Source: a virus. Taken from it: a stretch of 64,000 nucleotides of DNA. Under the pieces are notes generated by a model, which was given only the letters and a program-made list of their open reading frames with translations, was not told the origin of the DNA and searched no databases. Of the stretch, positions 17,431 through 26,705 are shown piece after piece. Position numbers and translations under genes: made by a program. The stretch lies in IMG/VR virus record IMGVR_UViG_3300048589_001082, positions 1 to 64,000 of that record. The stretch is one strand, 5' to 3'. The stretch's first letter is position 1. Every line of letters starts with the position of its first letter.

Positions 17431-19383
17431 TTAGGCGTACCAGCGCGGCCGGTAGCTCACCTTGATCTCCATCTCGCCCATGCCCGTCTCGGTAATCTGG
17501 AACTCGTTGACCCCCGGCGCGAGCCGGAGGAACTTCGGCCGCGGCGCGTCGCGCTGCACCGCCTGATACTGGTTGGAGCCGTCGGCCGAGTACGTCACCG
17601 TCTGCCATTGCGAGTCGATGACCAGGCTCTCGCCGGGGGCCATGTTGGGGTACTGCACCGTCAGGCTTTCGCCCGTGGTGGCGTTCTCGATGGTCAGGTT
17701 CAGGTCGTACTCGGTGTCCTCGATGCTGAGGCTCACCGCCGGGGTCATGCGGTCGTCAAAGCGAATCCACGCCTGGCGGATGTCCACCTGCATGTAGCTG
17801 GCCTGAGCGACCGACCAGCGGATGCGGTTGTAGGGCGTGTCGAATTCGGGATCGAACACGTCCACCTCCGGCGACTCAATATCAAAGAACTGGTTGACAC
17901 CCGTCCAGGGCAGCCCCGCCCCCGTCCACAGCGGCCGTCCCGATTTCAGGTCTTCGCTCCAGGCCCACAAGACCGGCACGTTGGGCGCGCTCGTGGGCGA
18001 TGTCCGCATCATCTGCCGTAGTTGCGCCCGCATTGACTTAAGCGGTACGGCCGTCCGTAGCGAGAAGACGCTGAGCGATGTCCACCCGGCACGGAGGCCC
18101 AGCGCTGTCCACGGGTAGGCCCACGAGGCGTCATACGCCCCGGTGGTCGCGTCCGACTCCTTGACGAAGCCGATGTTGTTGATGAATGAGGAGAAGCTCC
18201 AGCCGCCCGAACGCGGCGGCTGACTGAAGCCCTGGTAGTTCCAAATGGTGTTGCTGCTGCCGCCGCCGTAGGCCACGAATACCGGCGCTTGCGCCGTGCG
18301 ATAGGCGGTGTTCTTCATGCTCTCCGGCACTTGCGCCGTCGGCCCGTACAAGAGCCAGCCCACGCCCTGGTAGTGGATGATGTCGGCCCCGGCGTCGTGG
18401 GCCGCGGCCGTCGTGCCGAACCGCCCCCGCGCCACCCCGTAGAGGAAGCCCGGCGCGCGGCTGGTGTAGGTCACGTACTCGTTATCGACCTTGAGCGTTC
18501 CGGCCTGGGGTAGCCCGTAGTCGTCCTCCACCTGCCAGGTCGTGGCCGACGCGCTGGCGTAGCGCGACAGGCGCGGGTAGATGGCCGGCTGGAACTCCAT
18601 GTCGATCCATATCTTGGTCTGCGCCGTGCCGAAGGCGTCCCCCGGACTCAAGACCGTGTCGGGATACCAGTGGCGGCGAATCGTGCCGTTCATCATCACG
18701 GCCATGTTCGACCCGTCGGTTATCTTCCCCGCCGACAGCAGCGCGGCCGTCGATACCCCGCCGCCGGTCACGTCGATGGGGTGGCGGCCGCCCAGCGGCG
18801 AGCGCCACTGCACCAGGATGAGCCGCCGGTAGGGCCAGTTGGGCGCGGTCTTGGACGTGTTGGGCGTCAGGGTATAGGTGGGGTAAGCGTCCAGGTCGCC
18901 GGCCACGGTCAGCGACGTGGCCCCCGACTCGTCCAGCGTCCAGGTGACTTCCTCCAGCGTGGTCGAGCGCCAGCGCACCTCGTCGGTGGCCTCCAGCGCC
19001 ACCAGGAACCCCTTGCCCCCCTGCCCCTCGCTCTGGTCGGCCTTGCGCGGCACGAACTGCATAAAGCGCCGTCGCGGCGTGCCGGTGGCGTTCTCGACCA
19101 CCACCGTCAGCGGCCCGCGCGTCGGGTCGAACTGCCGCAGGAGCGCCCGACGGCGGGCGTCGATCTCGTCGGCCGTGGCGCCCTCGTCCAAGACCAGCGC
19201 ATTCAGGTAGTAGACGTGCAGGCCCAGGGCGACGTTGGTGACGATGGGCGCGTCGGTGTCGCGCGACACCCGCGAGACGGTCGATTCCGGTTGCAGGAAC
19301 GACATGTCCAGGGTGGCAAAGTAGCCGCTGCCCGGCTGCACGTTGATCTCCCCGATGCTGATGACGTTGGTCGTATGCGACAT
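17431..19383 (-). CDS. Distal tail protein (Dit) with large internal insertion, 650 aa
   Basis: Directly after tape measure; C-terminal GE.LVIDS...FLRLAPGVNE...YRPRW Dit signature; N-terminal GD..AYP. Confidence 0.75.
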   Translation of the reverse strand: MSHTTNVISIGEINVQPGSGYFATLDMSFLQPESTVSRVSRDTDAPIVTNVALGLHVYYLNALVLDEGATADEIDARRRALLRQFDPTRGPLTVVVENATGTPRRRFMQFVPRKADQSEGQGGKGFLVALEATDEVRWRSTTLEEVTWTLDESGATSLTVAGDLDAYPTYTLTPNTSKTAPNWPYRRLILVQWRSPLGGRHPIDVTGGGVSTAALLSAGKITDGSNMAVMMNGTIRRHWYPDTVLSPGDAFGTAQTKIWIDMEFQPAIYPRLSRYASASATTWQVEDDYGLPQAGTLKVDNEYVTYTSRAPGFLYGVARGRFGTTAAAHDAGADIIHYQGVGWLLYGPTAQVPESMKNTAYRTAQAPVFVAYGGGSSNTIWNYQGFSQPPRSGGWSFSSFINNIGFVKESDATTGAYDASWAYPWTALGLRAGWTSLSVFSLRTAVPLKSMRAQLRQMMRTSPTSAPNVPVLWAWSEDLKSGRPLWTGAGLPWTGVNQFFDIESPEVDVFDPEFDTPYNRIRWSVAQASYMQVDIRQAWIRFDDRMTPAVSLSIEDTEYDLNLTIENATTGESLTVQYPNMAPGESLVIDSQWQTVTYSADGSNQYQAVQRDAPRPKFLRLAPGVNEFQITETGMGEMEIKVSYRPRWYA

Positions 19384-19386
19384 TCC

Positions 19387-22300
19387 CTATCCCCTCTGGT
19401 GGCGCAGCCCCTCGAAGTACAGATCGCGCAGCGGGTCGGCCGACGGCCGCCCTTCCAGGGCCACGTTGTAGCCGCCGTAGATGTTGACCGTCTGGGCCGG
19501 GTTCAGGCCGGCCATCTCCACCTGCACCGTCCGGTTCAGTCCGCTCTGGAGGCGGCCCTGCATCGCCCGCGTGTCGGCCAGCCCAATGCGCCGCATCTCG
19601 CCCACCGCCTGGCGCATCCGGCGCTGCACGTCGCGCGTCTCGCCCAGCCCGGCGGCCAGCCCGGCCATGACCTGCTGCCCGATGTCACGGAAGACGGCCG
19701 ACGGCGAGGCGATCTGCAACTCCTCGTTGGCCCGCTCCACCAGCTGCCGCGTGGCCTCGGTCATGGCCGCCAGAATGTCGGTCATGGAGGCGTCCAGCCC
19801 CAGGGTCAGCCCGTCCAGCACGTCGCGGCCGAGGTTGTTCTCGCGGATGAGGTTCAGGAGGTCTACCTGCGTCTGGAGGAAGTCCAGCCGCGACCGCTGC
19901 TCCTCTATCGCCGCCAGCTCCTCCTGCTGCCGGATATACTCCTGCTCCAGCCGGTTGCGCTCGTCGGCCAGCCGGATGGCCTCGTCCAGATCGCGCTTGA
20001 TCTCCACGTTGTTGGCGTAGGCCGACGACCCTTGCAGCGTGCGGATGAAGTAGGCCCGGCTCTCCGGGGTCATCTCCAGCAGGTTATCGACCACAATGTC
20101 GCCGAACGTCTGGCGCAGGCGATCCATCGTCTCGCCCAGCCGGTCGGTCGTGCCCTCGATGCTCTCGGCCAGCGCGTCGGCCTGAAGGCCGAAGACGTTG
20201 TCGCCAATCCCCAGCAACCCACCCCCGGCGGCCGTCAGCCCGCGCAGCATCCCCAACTGCTCCAGATCGGCCAGGTCGCGCAGGATGCGGTCGCGCTGCT
20301 CAACCATGTCGTCGCCCAGGTTCGCCAACTGCTGGCGCAGCGCCGCCCGCTCCCGCTCGACGCCGACGGCGATACCGCTGACGATGGCGTCGCCGACCTG
20401 CATAAACAGGCGGGACGGGGACTCGGCCATGATGGCGTCCATCGTCTGGTTGAAGGTGTCGTCGGCGATCTCCTTCATCTTGGCCGCCAGTTCCCCCCGG
20501 CGGCGCTCGACGCCGATGATGACGCCGTCCATCATCGACTCGCCGACGATCTCCATGTTGCGGATGGTGTCGTCCCAGGCGGCGACCACCGCTTCGGTGA
20601 CGCGCTCCATCTGGGACGTGACGCCATCCTCGCCGTCCTCGATGCCGACCGCCAGCCCTTCCATGACGTTGGCGGCAATGTCCTGGAAGACGCCGGAGGG
20701 GGACTCGATTCGCAGCGCCTCTTTCACCGGGTCGATGAGGCCGCCCTGCACCATCTCCTCGGCCGCCGCCGTCACCAGTTCGGTGTGCTCGCGGATGCCC
20801 GTCTCCACTCCGGCCGGCACGGCCTGGCCCACGTCCGTGGCCGCCGTGGTGACGGTGTCCATGCCGCCGCTGATGCCGGCGGCGATGTTGTCGGGCACGG
20901 CCTCGCCGGCGGCCGTGGCCTGGGTCGCCATCTCTTCCGACATGGGAGCCATGGCCAGCGGCACTTCGGCGGCCATCGTCTCGGCCGTGGGCAGCACGCC
21001 GCCGTCCCCCTCGATCTTGGCGATGAACCTGTCCAGTTCGGCCATGGCCTCATCGACCGAGATGTTGACCTTGGGGTCGGTCGAGGCCATGAGGGTGGCC
21101 AGCTCTTCGATCTTGCGCTTGACCGCCGCGGCCTGAAGCGCGGCCTCGGCCTGGGCCTCGGTCATGATGCCCGTGGCCGTGGCGTAGGCGGTGATGACCT
21201 CCGGCGCAGCCCCCATCTGCACCAGTTGGTCGTAGAGACCCTGGCGCACCGCGTCCACGTTGACCGCCAGCCCCTGCTCGGCCGTCGAGACGTTCTCGAC
21301 CGTCGGCGGAATCCCGGCCAGCAAGCCTTCGTAGTGGGCAATCTCGTAGGCGGTATTGGTTATCTTCTCGGTGAGCTTGTCCTGCTCCATCCCGTAGGTG
21401 CCGATGCCGGACACCAGTTCGTCGTAGGTGGTCTGGAGCTTCTTGATCTCCTCCGTGTACCGCTCGGCCAGCGCCCGCTGCTCCTCGGTCGGCCCCGATA
21501 CCTGGGTCGTCACCGTGACGGTGCGCTCCGGGGAGACCAGCGGCGCGTCGGCCTGGGGCAACTCGGTCACGTAGTCGGCCTGCACCGCGCCGAAGGCGGC
21601 GGCGTACTGCTCGGCCGCGGCCTTGGCCTCATCCAGCGCCGCCTTGTTGCGCGACGTGGCGGCCGTCAGCGCGTCGATGCCGGCGGCGAACTTGTCCGAA
21701 CGGTCGGCCGCCAGCTTCATGCCGTCGCCGGTCTGGCCTATCTGTGAGCGAACGCGGGCCAGTTGGGTCACGGTCAACCCCGCCGAACGGGTCACTTCGT
21801 TATAGCTCTCGGCGTAGGCCAGCATGGCCTTATCGGCCGAGGCGGCTTCCCGCGCAACGCGCTTGGCCGCGTCGGCGGCGAGCTTCTCCGCCTCGCGCAC
21901 CGCCTCCGGCGAGACCATGTCCTCGGCCTCGATGAGCGCGCCTTCCTCGCTCCAGCCCTTCAGGAACTGCTCGCGGAAGCGTTGCCCGGACTCATACGCG
22001 CCCCAGCCGCGCTCGAAGTCCCTGGTAGCCAGCCCTTCGGCAATGCCCCGCGCCGCCTTGCGCCCCAGGTCGCCCCAGTCGATGTTGAGCCACCAGGTGA
22101 TGATCTTGGCCGCCAGTGACGCCAGCGCCGGGCGAATGGCCTCCCACAGATTGGAGAAGACCTTGACCAGCATGTCCCAGGTGCGCTCCCAAATCTGGCG
22201 CAACTGGCGGCCGACCTCCTCCCAATCCCCCCGGAAGATGGCGGCGAAAATCTTGAACACCGACTTGATGTTCTCCAGGGCGGTGCGGAGGTAGAGGGTG

Positions 22301-23595
22301 ACGGCGTCCCAGATGAGGCGCGCCGAGCGCATGATGCCCGCGCCATGCTCGTCCCACAGCCTGCGGATGAAGGCCAGCCCCTGCCCGATGACCTCGCGCA
22401 CCTTCGCTACGGCCTCGGCCGTCCTGGCCCGAATCCCACCCCAGTCGCGCGCCCAGGCCACGGCCAGCAGGCCCACGGCGGCGATGACCAGCCCGATGGG
22501 GCCGGTCAGGGCCGCCAGTACGCCGCTCAGACCGCCCACGGCGGCCGTGGCCCCGGTGGCCGCGGCTCCGGCGGCGGCCGTGCCCGCGGCGGCGGCCGTC
22601 CCGGCCGTGGCCGTCAGGCCGAAGAAGGCCGCCACGCCCGACACCACCGCCTTGAGCGCGGTGAACCCGGCGACGACCTTGGTCACGACCGACAGGGCGG
22701 TCAGGGCCGCCAGCAGCCCGCCCATGACCTTGACCAGCAGCGGCCCGTGCTCAACGGCCAGGGGGACGATGACGGCCATCGCGTCGCCCAACTGGCGGGC
22801 GAAGTTGGCGATGCCCTCCTGCGTCTCCGGGCTGTCGAGAATGGCGACGATCTCTTCCAGCCCGCTCTTGGCCCCCTCGAAGAACGGCCGCAGCGCCGAC
22901 CCCAGGGCCATCTTGGCCGAATCGGAGATGGTGGACATCAGGCCCGACCAGGTGGTGGCCTGCTTGGCCATCGCCCCGGAGAAGCCGTCCATGTGCCCTT
23001 GCAGAACGGCGAAAATCTCGTCGGCCGACGCCCCCGCCTCGCGCAGCCGGTTCATCTCGTTGATGACCGCCGGGGACACCGCGCCCAGTTGCATGAGGTT
23101 CTGGGCCGCCTCGCCGAACGGCTGCCCGCCCTGGATGGCCGCATACGCCCGGCCGATCCAGAAGGAGATGTCCTCGATCGGCGCGCCGATGGCCGCGGCC
23201 GTGTCCCCAATGCGCGTCAGGTTCGCTTCGGTGTCCAGCGCGTCGCCGCCGAAGACGCGCATCTGGCGGGATGCCTGGATGATGGGGCCTGTTTCAAAGG
23301 GGGTGCGTTTCGCGAACTCGAAGAGACCGGCGACGTGCTTCTGCGCCTCGTCGGCCGATCCCATCAGCGTCTCGAACTGGAGCTGGGTCGTCTCCAGCGT
23401 GGCGTTCATGTCGATAGCCGACTTGACCGCCAGCCCGAACCCGGCCGCCGCGCCGAGGCCCAGCCCGGCGAAGGCCAGCTTGGCCCCGTTCTGGAGCGTG
23501 TGCAGCGCCTTCTGGGCTTCGGAGACGCCCCGGCGGAGTCCCGACGTGTCGAGATCGATCTTCGCGTGCGCGCTGCCGAGTAAAATCGAGTTCAT
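19387..23595 (-). CDS. Tail tape measure protein, 1402 aa
   Basis: FETLMGSA...FAKRTPFE tape-measure domain, TWSGLMST, Trp-periodic amphipathic repeats. Confidence 0.92.
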   Translation of the reverse strand: MNSILLGSAHAKIDLDTSGLRRGVSEAQKALHTLQNGAKLAFAGLGLGAAAGFGLAVKSAIDMNATLETTQLQFETLMGSADEAQKHVAGLFEFAKRTPFETGPIIQASRQMRVFGGDALDTEANLTRIGDTAAAIGAPIEDISFWIGRAYAAIQGGQPFGEAAQNLMQLGAVSPAVINEMNRLREAGASADEIFAVLQGHMDGFSGAMAKQATTWSGLMSTISDSAKMALGSALRPFFEGAKSGLEEIVAILDSPETQEGIANFARQLGDAMAVIVPLAVEHGPLLVKVMGGLLAALTALSVVTKVVAGFTALKAVVSGVAAFFGLTATAGTAAAAGTAAAGAAATGATAAVGGLSGVLAALTGPIGLVIAAVGLLAVAWARDWGGIRARTAEAVAKVREVIGQGLAFIRRLWDEHGAGIMRSARLIWDAVTLYLRTALENIKSVFKIFAAIFRGDWEEVGRQLRQIWERTWDMLVKVFSNLWEAIRPALASLAAKIITWWLNIDWGDLGRKAARGIAEGLATRDFERGWGAYESGQRFREQFLKGWSEEGALIEAEDMVSPEAVREAEKLAADAAKRVAREAASADKAMLAYAESYNEVTRSAGLTVTQLARVRSQIGQTGDGMKLAADRSDKFAAGIDALTAATSRNKAALDEAKAAAEQYAAAFGAVQADYVTELPQADAPLVSPERTVTVTTQVSGPTEEQRALAERYTEEIKKLQTTYDELVSGIGTYGMEQDKLTEKITNTAYEIAHYEGLLAGIPPTVENVSTAEQGLAVNVDAVRQGLYDQLVQMGAAPEVITAYATATGIMTEAQAEAALQAAAVKRKIEELATLMASTDPKVNISVDEAMAELDRFIAKIEGDGGVLPTAETMAAEVPLAMAPMSEEMATQATAAGEAVPDNIAAGISGGMDTVTTAATDVGQAVPAGVETGIREHTELVTAAAEEMVQGGLIDPVKEALRIESPSGVFQDIAANVMEGLAVGIEDGEDGVTSQMERVTEAVVAAWDDTIRNMEIVGESMMDGVIIGVERRRGELAAKMKEIADDTFNQTMDAIMAESPSRLFMQVGDAIVSGIAVGVERERAALRQQLANLGDDMVEQRDRILRDLADLEQLGMLRGLTAAGGGLLGIGDNVFGLQADALAESIEGTTDRLGETMDRLRQTFGDIVVDNLLEMTPESRAYFIRTLQGSSAYANNVEIKRDLDEAIRLADERNRLEQEYIRQQEELAAIEEQRSRLDFLQTQVDLLNLIRENNLGRDVLDGLTLGLDASMTDILAAMTEATRQLVERANEELQIASPSAVFRDIGQQVMAGLAAGLGETRDVQRRMRQAVGEMRRIGLADTRAMQGRLQSGLNRTVQVEMAGLNPAQTVNIYGGYNVALEGRPSADPLRDLYFEGLRHQRG

Positions 23596-23620
23596 TGACT
23601 GTGGCCCCTGTTCCCCGTGC

Positions 23621-23815
23621 CTACTCCGCCAAATCGCTCCAGTCGTAGCTCACCGGCTCATCCCCACCCTCCGGCGCGTCGCCGCTGTCGTCCGGGTCCA
23701 GCCCGGCGAACATCACGGCCATGTCGAACTGGTAGGCGGCCCACTGGTCGCCCACGCCCACGTAGGCCGACGGCCGCCCGCCGAAGGTCTTAGCCAGCAG
23801 GTAGAGCATCCGCAT
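23621..23815 (-). CDS. Tail assembly chaperone, downstream (GT-type) segment
   Basis: Between chaperone and TMP; in the +1 frame of 23790..24209. Confidence 0.65.
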   Translation of the reverse strand: MRMLYLLAKTFGGRPSAYVGVGDQWAAYQFDMAVMFAGLDPDDSGDAPEGGDEPVSYDWSDLAE

Positions 23816-24209
23816 CTCCGTCCGGTTCCGGGCGAAAAGGCTCCAGCGCCGCGGCCGGCCGGTTCACCTCCTGGAAGATGGTCATCTTGTCGATGAACGG
23901 GATGTCGTCGATGGCGATGTGATCGTCGTCCCCCTCGCGGCTGACGGGCGGGTCGATGAGCACCGCCAGCACCACCGCGTCGATGAGCGGCAGCATCTCG
24001 GCCATGTCGGCCGGGCTGAACTCCCCGTCCTCGCCCGGCTCGATGTCCTTCAGCCGGCCCATCAGGGTCAGCGGGATCGTCCCGTTGAGCATCAGGTTGG
24101 TCAGTTGCGCCGGGCGCACGGCCGCCGGGTAGCCGTCGCTCAGCACCAGCTCGCGCGGAGCCGACCGCATCTTCCACCGCGACAGGTACTGGATGTCTCG
24201 CTTGCTCAT
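23790..24209 (-). CDS. Tail assembly chaperone, 139 aa
   Basis: Position between tail tube and TMP; AAGGAG RBS. Confidence 0.75.
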   Translation of the reverse strand: MSKRDIQYLSRWKMRSAPRELVLSDGYPAAVRPAQLTNLMLNGTIPLTLMGRLKDIEPGEDGEFSPADMAEMLPLIDAVVLAVLIDPPVSREGDDDHIAIDDIPFIDKMTIFQEVNRPAAALEPFRPEPDGDADALPAG

Positions 24210-24265
24210 GTGGTCTCCTTGCGCCGAGCCGGGGAGAGGGCCGCCCCCCTCCCCGGCTCACCGGA

Positions 24266-24796
24266 TTAGCTCGTCGGCAGCGCCGCGGCCGTCTCCTGCT
24301 GGATGATGCGGACGATGCGGCCGTTGGAATCAGCGGCCACGCCGACCGAGACGTTGGTCACGTGGAACTCCTCGTCCTGGAAGGAGATTTCCGGCGCTTC
24401 GGTCAGGGTGCAGTTGCCCAGGAGCACCTGCGTCGCCCCGCCGTCCTTGTCGCGGGCGATGCCGTAAATCTTGAAGGTCGGGAACACCAGCCCTTCCGGG
24501 ATGTCCAGCGTGGTCGTCTCGTTGGGCGAGGAACCGGCCACCGCCAGGGTCACGCCCAGCATGATCGCCAGGGCGGCCGACGAGTAACCGCCGGCCGACA
24601 GCGTGCCTTCGCCGCCGGACACCGAGGTGTAGCGCACCTTCTCCACGTCATCGCCGCGCAGCACGGCCGTGGAGACGGTCGGCTTGAAGGTGAACGTGAT
24701 CGCCGCGTCCAGGTCTTCCTGGACTGTGCCCGCGGCGTTGGTGATCTTGATGTCACGCAGGCCGCGGGTGTATTTGCCATAGGTCTTGTTTGCCAT
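24266..24796 (-). CDS. Major tail tube protein, 176 aa
   Basis: GLRDIKI, LRGDD motifs; position; followed by hairpin 24226-24259. Confidence 0.8.
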   Translation of the reverse strand: MANKTYGKYTRGLRDIKITNAAGTVQEDLDAAITFTFKPTVSTAVLRGDDVEKVRYTSVSGGEGTLSAGGYSSAALAIMLGVTLAVAGSSPNETTTLDIPEGLVFPTFKIYGIARDKDGGATQVLLGNCTLTEAPEISFQDEEFHVTNVSVGVAADSNGRIVRIIQQETAAALPTS

Positions 24797-24850
24797 CTCT
24801 TGCTCTCTCCCCTTGGGGCGCGCCGCCCCGTTGGCCTTCTTCGGCCTGCT

Positions 24851-25273
24851 TTACGCTCTGGCCTGCTTTACCCAGGCCCGCACTTCGTCCAGGCTCGCGC
24901 CCGACGCCGTTGCCAGTTGCTCCATGCCGCCCTCGTCCAGCGCCGCCAGTTGCTCCGGTCGCCGGATGCCGTGCTCCGATAGCTGCATGGCCCACTTACC
25001 GCCGGTCACGTGCGCCACCGTGCGCTCGGCCGCCGGCGCGTCGGCCGGCAGGACGATGTTCTTGGGGTCAAGCCCCATCGCCTCGCCCAGCGCCTTCAGC
25101 GCCGCCGCCGTCGGCCGCGCCCCCAGCCAGTAACCGCCGCCGGGGTAGGTCAGGAGTTCGGCCGCCGTGGCGATGTCCACGTCGGCGGTGAACCCCGGCG
25201 CTTCCCACACGTACTCGCCCAGCGTCCGCCGGTACGGGCCGGGCTGCATGGCGATCCGAATCGTCTCGGCCAT
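24851..25273 (-). CDS. Hypothetical protein with C-terminal helix-hairpin-helix-like segment
   Basis: Start MAETIR (TGATG coupling); GGKWA..L.E.GI...QLA...WVKQA resembles DUF4332/NusA-type HhH. Confidence 0.6.
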   Translation of the reverse strand: MAETIRIAMQPGPYRRTLGEYVWEAPGFTADVDIATAAELLTYPGGGYWLGARPTAAALKALGEAMGLDPKNIVLPADAPAAERTVAHVTGGKWAMQLSEHGIRRPEQLAALDEGGMEQLATASGASLDEVRAWVKQARA

Positions 25274-25608
25274 CACACCACCCCCGTGCGCAGCGCCGCC
25301 AGCGTCGTGTTGGTCACGGCGTCGAAGTTGATCCACACCGTGCCGTCGGCCTGCACGTAGTCGGGGTGGAACGGGCCGATGAACACCTCCGTGTTCTGGG
25401 CGATGTTGACCGTCAGGGCGGTAATGGCCCGCCCCTCGAACGTCTTGCCCACGGCGATAGTCGCCACCCGCGCCCCCACCCCCTGCTTCACGTGGTAGAC
25501 CATGTCCCGGTGCCAGGTCGCGGCGTGGCCGTCGGCGTGCGCCGCGGCGTAGGTCGCCACCAGCCCGGTCGTGGCCGTTCGCTCAACCGTCTTTGTCTGT
25601 CGTGCCAT
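25273..25608 (-). CDS. Putative structural protein, 111 aa
   Basis: Beta-rich, IGPF.P motif; head-tail region. Confidence 0.65.
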   Translation of the reverse strand: MARQTKTVERTATTGLVATYAAAHADGHAATWHRDMVYHVKQGVGARVATIAVGKTFEGRAITALTVNIAQNTEVFIGPFHPDYVQADGTVWINFDAVTNTTLAALRTGVV

Positions 25609-25666
25609 CTCTCAACTCCCCTTCCCTTGTCTGTAGGGACGAATCTCAACCACACCGGGCAAATCG

Positions 25667-26083
25667 CTACCCCCGGTAGATATGCACCTCGTAGCGGGCC
25701 ACCCCGCCGCGCGCCGAGAGCGCCTCTTCGCGCCAGCCCCAGGTGGCCCCAAACCGCGCCGCCTCCCACATCCCGCCGCCCAACGGCCGCCGGTGCAGCA
25801 CCTCGTGGACGCGGGCCAGCGCCTCCTCGACCCGCGCGTCGCTGGCGCGGTCGTAGACCCACACGGCCACCAGTTGCGCCCCGGCGATGCGCCGCGGCCC
25901 GGCGTCGCGCTCGCCGCCCGAATTGACCAGGGCGCAGGCCAGGAGTTCGCTGTTGGCGTCGAACGCCCCCGGCGCGAGTTGCCGGGTAATCTCCGGGATA
26001 CCCGTCCACACCCCACCCGGCAGCAGCGCCGCCAGCGTGGCGTCGGCGGCGAGAATCGCGTGAACCGCGGCCGTCGGCGTCAT
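25667..26083 (-). CDS. Tail terminator-like protein, 138 aa
   Basis: L.ADATLAAL..GGV N-terminus; position. Confidence 0.65.
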   Translation of the reverse strand: MTPTAAVHAILAADATLAALLPGGVWTGIPEITRQLAPGAFDANSELLACALVNSGGERDAGPRRIAGAQLVAVWVYDRASDARVEEALARVHEVLHRRPLGGGMWEAARFGATWGWREEALSARGGVARYEVHIYRG

Positions 26084-26445
26084 CGGTTCGCCACCCCCTT
26101 GAGCCGCCGCTGAAGGCGCGGGATGGTCTTGCCGTGCAGCGTGGGCACGATGACCGCGTAGCGCCCGGCGCGGGCCAGCTCCAAATCCTTGCCGTACTCG
26201 GCCGAGTGGATGAGGAACAGCGTCAGCCGCCAGCCGTCGAGCCGCACCTCGCCGCGCAGACCGCTGCGGGCGTTACCGGAGATGTCGCGCCACGGGCGGT
26301 CGCGCTTCATGTCGGCCGCCGAGGCCGCCGCCTCGGCCCGCGCCGCCGTCTGGATGCGCGTGCCCGTCAGGTGGCTGAAGCGCTCCACGGCCGCGGCCAG
26401 GTCGGCCGGGCTTTTGTCCCAGGTAAAGCTCACTTCACCGGCCAT
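26080..26445 (-). CDS. HK97 gp10-like tail completion protein
   Basis: Start MAGEVS; PW.D.SGNARSGL, H..EYG..LE...GRYAVI.PT. Confidence 0.75.
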   Translation of the reverse strand: MAGEVSFTWDKSPADLAAAVERFSHLTGTRIQTAARAEAAASAADMKRDRPWRDISGNARSGLRGEVRLDGWRLTLFLIHSAEYGKDLELARAGRYAVIVPTLHGKTIPRLQRRLKGVANR

Positions 26446-26705
26446 CAGTACACCCTCCCCGGCACGTACGGCTCGGCGCTCATCTCGGCCAGCGCCGACC
26501 GTTCGCCCGCGCGCGTCAGCCAGGCCACCGCCCGGCGGGCCAGCCACACGTCCGGCCGCCCGACCGTGGGCGAAACGCCCGACTGAGGGGTCATGTCGTT
26601 GAGCAGCCGCGTCCAGGCCACGGCCGCCGCGTCGTCGCCGTCCATCGACCAGACGCCATCGGAGACGGTAGCCCGGCGGTTGCCCACGTAGATGACGGCG
26701 CTCAT
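26445..26705 (-). CDS. Small protein, candidate immunity partner of the MuF C-terminal domain, 86 aa
   Basis: ATGA-coupled to the MuF gene; not a recognisable structural gene. Confidence 0.55.
   Translation of the reverse strand: MSAVIYVGNRRATVSDGVWSMDGDDAAAVAWTRLLNDMTPQSGVSPTVGRPDVWLARRAVAWLTRAGERSALAEMSAEPYVPGRVY

Noticed and set aside
18670-21747. 1025-aa plus-strand ORF and other long plus-strand ORFs (e.g. 28374..30398, 32237..33868)
   Set aside because: Antisense shadows of real minus-strand genes in high-GC DNA; no recognisable motifs.
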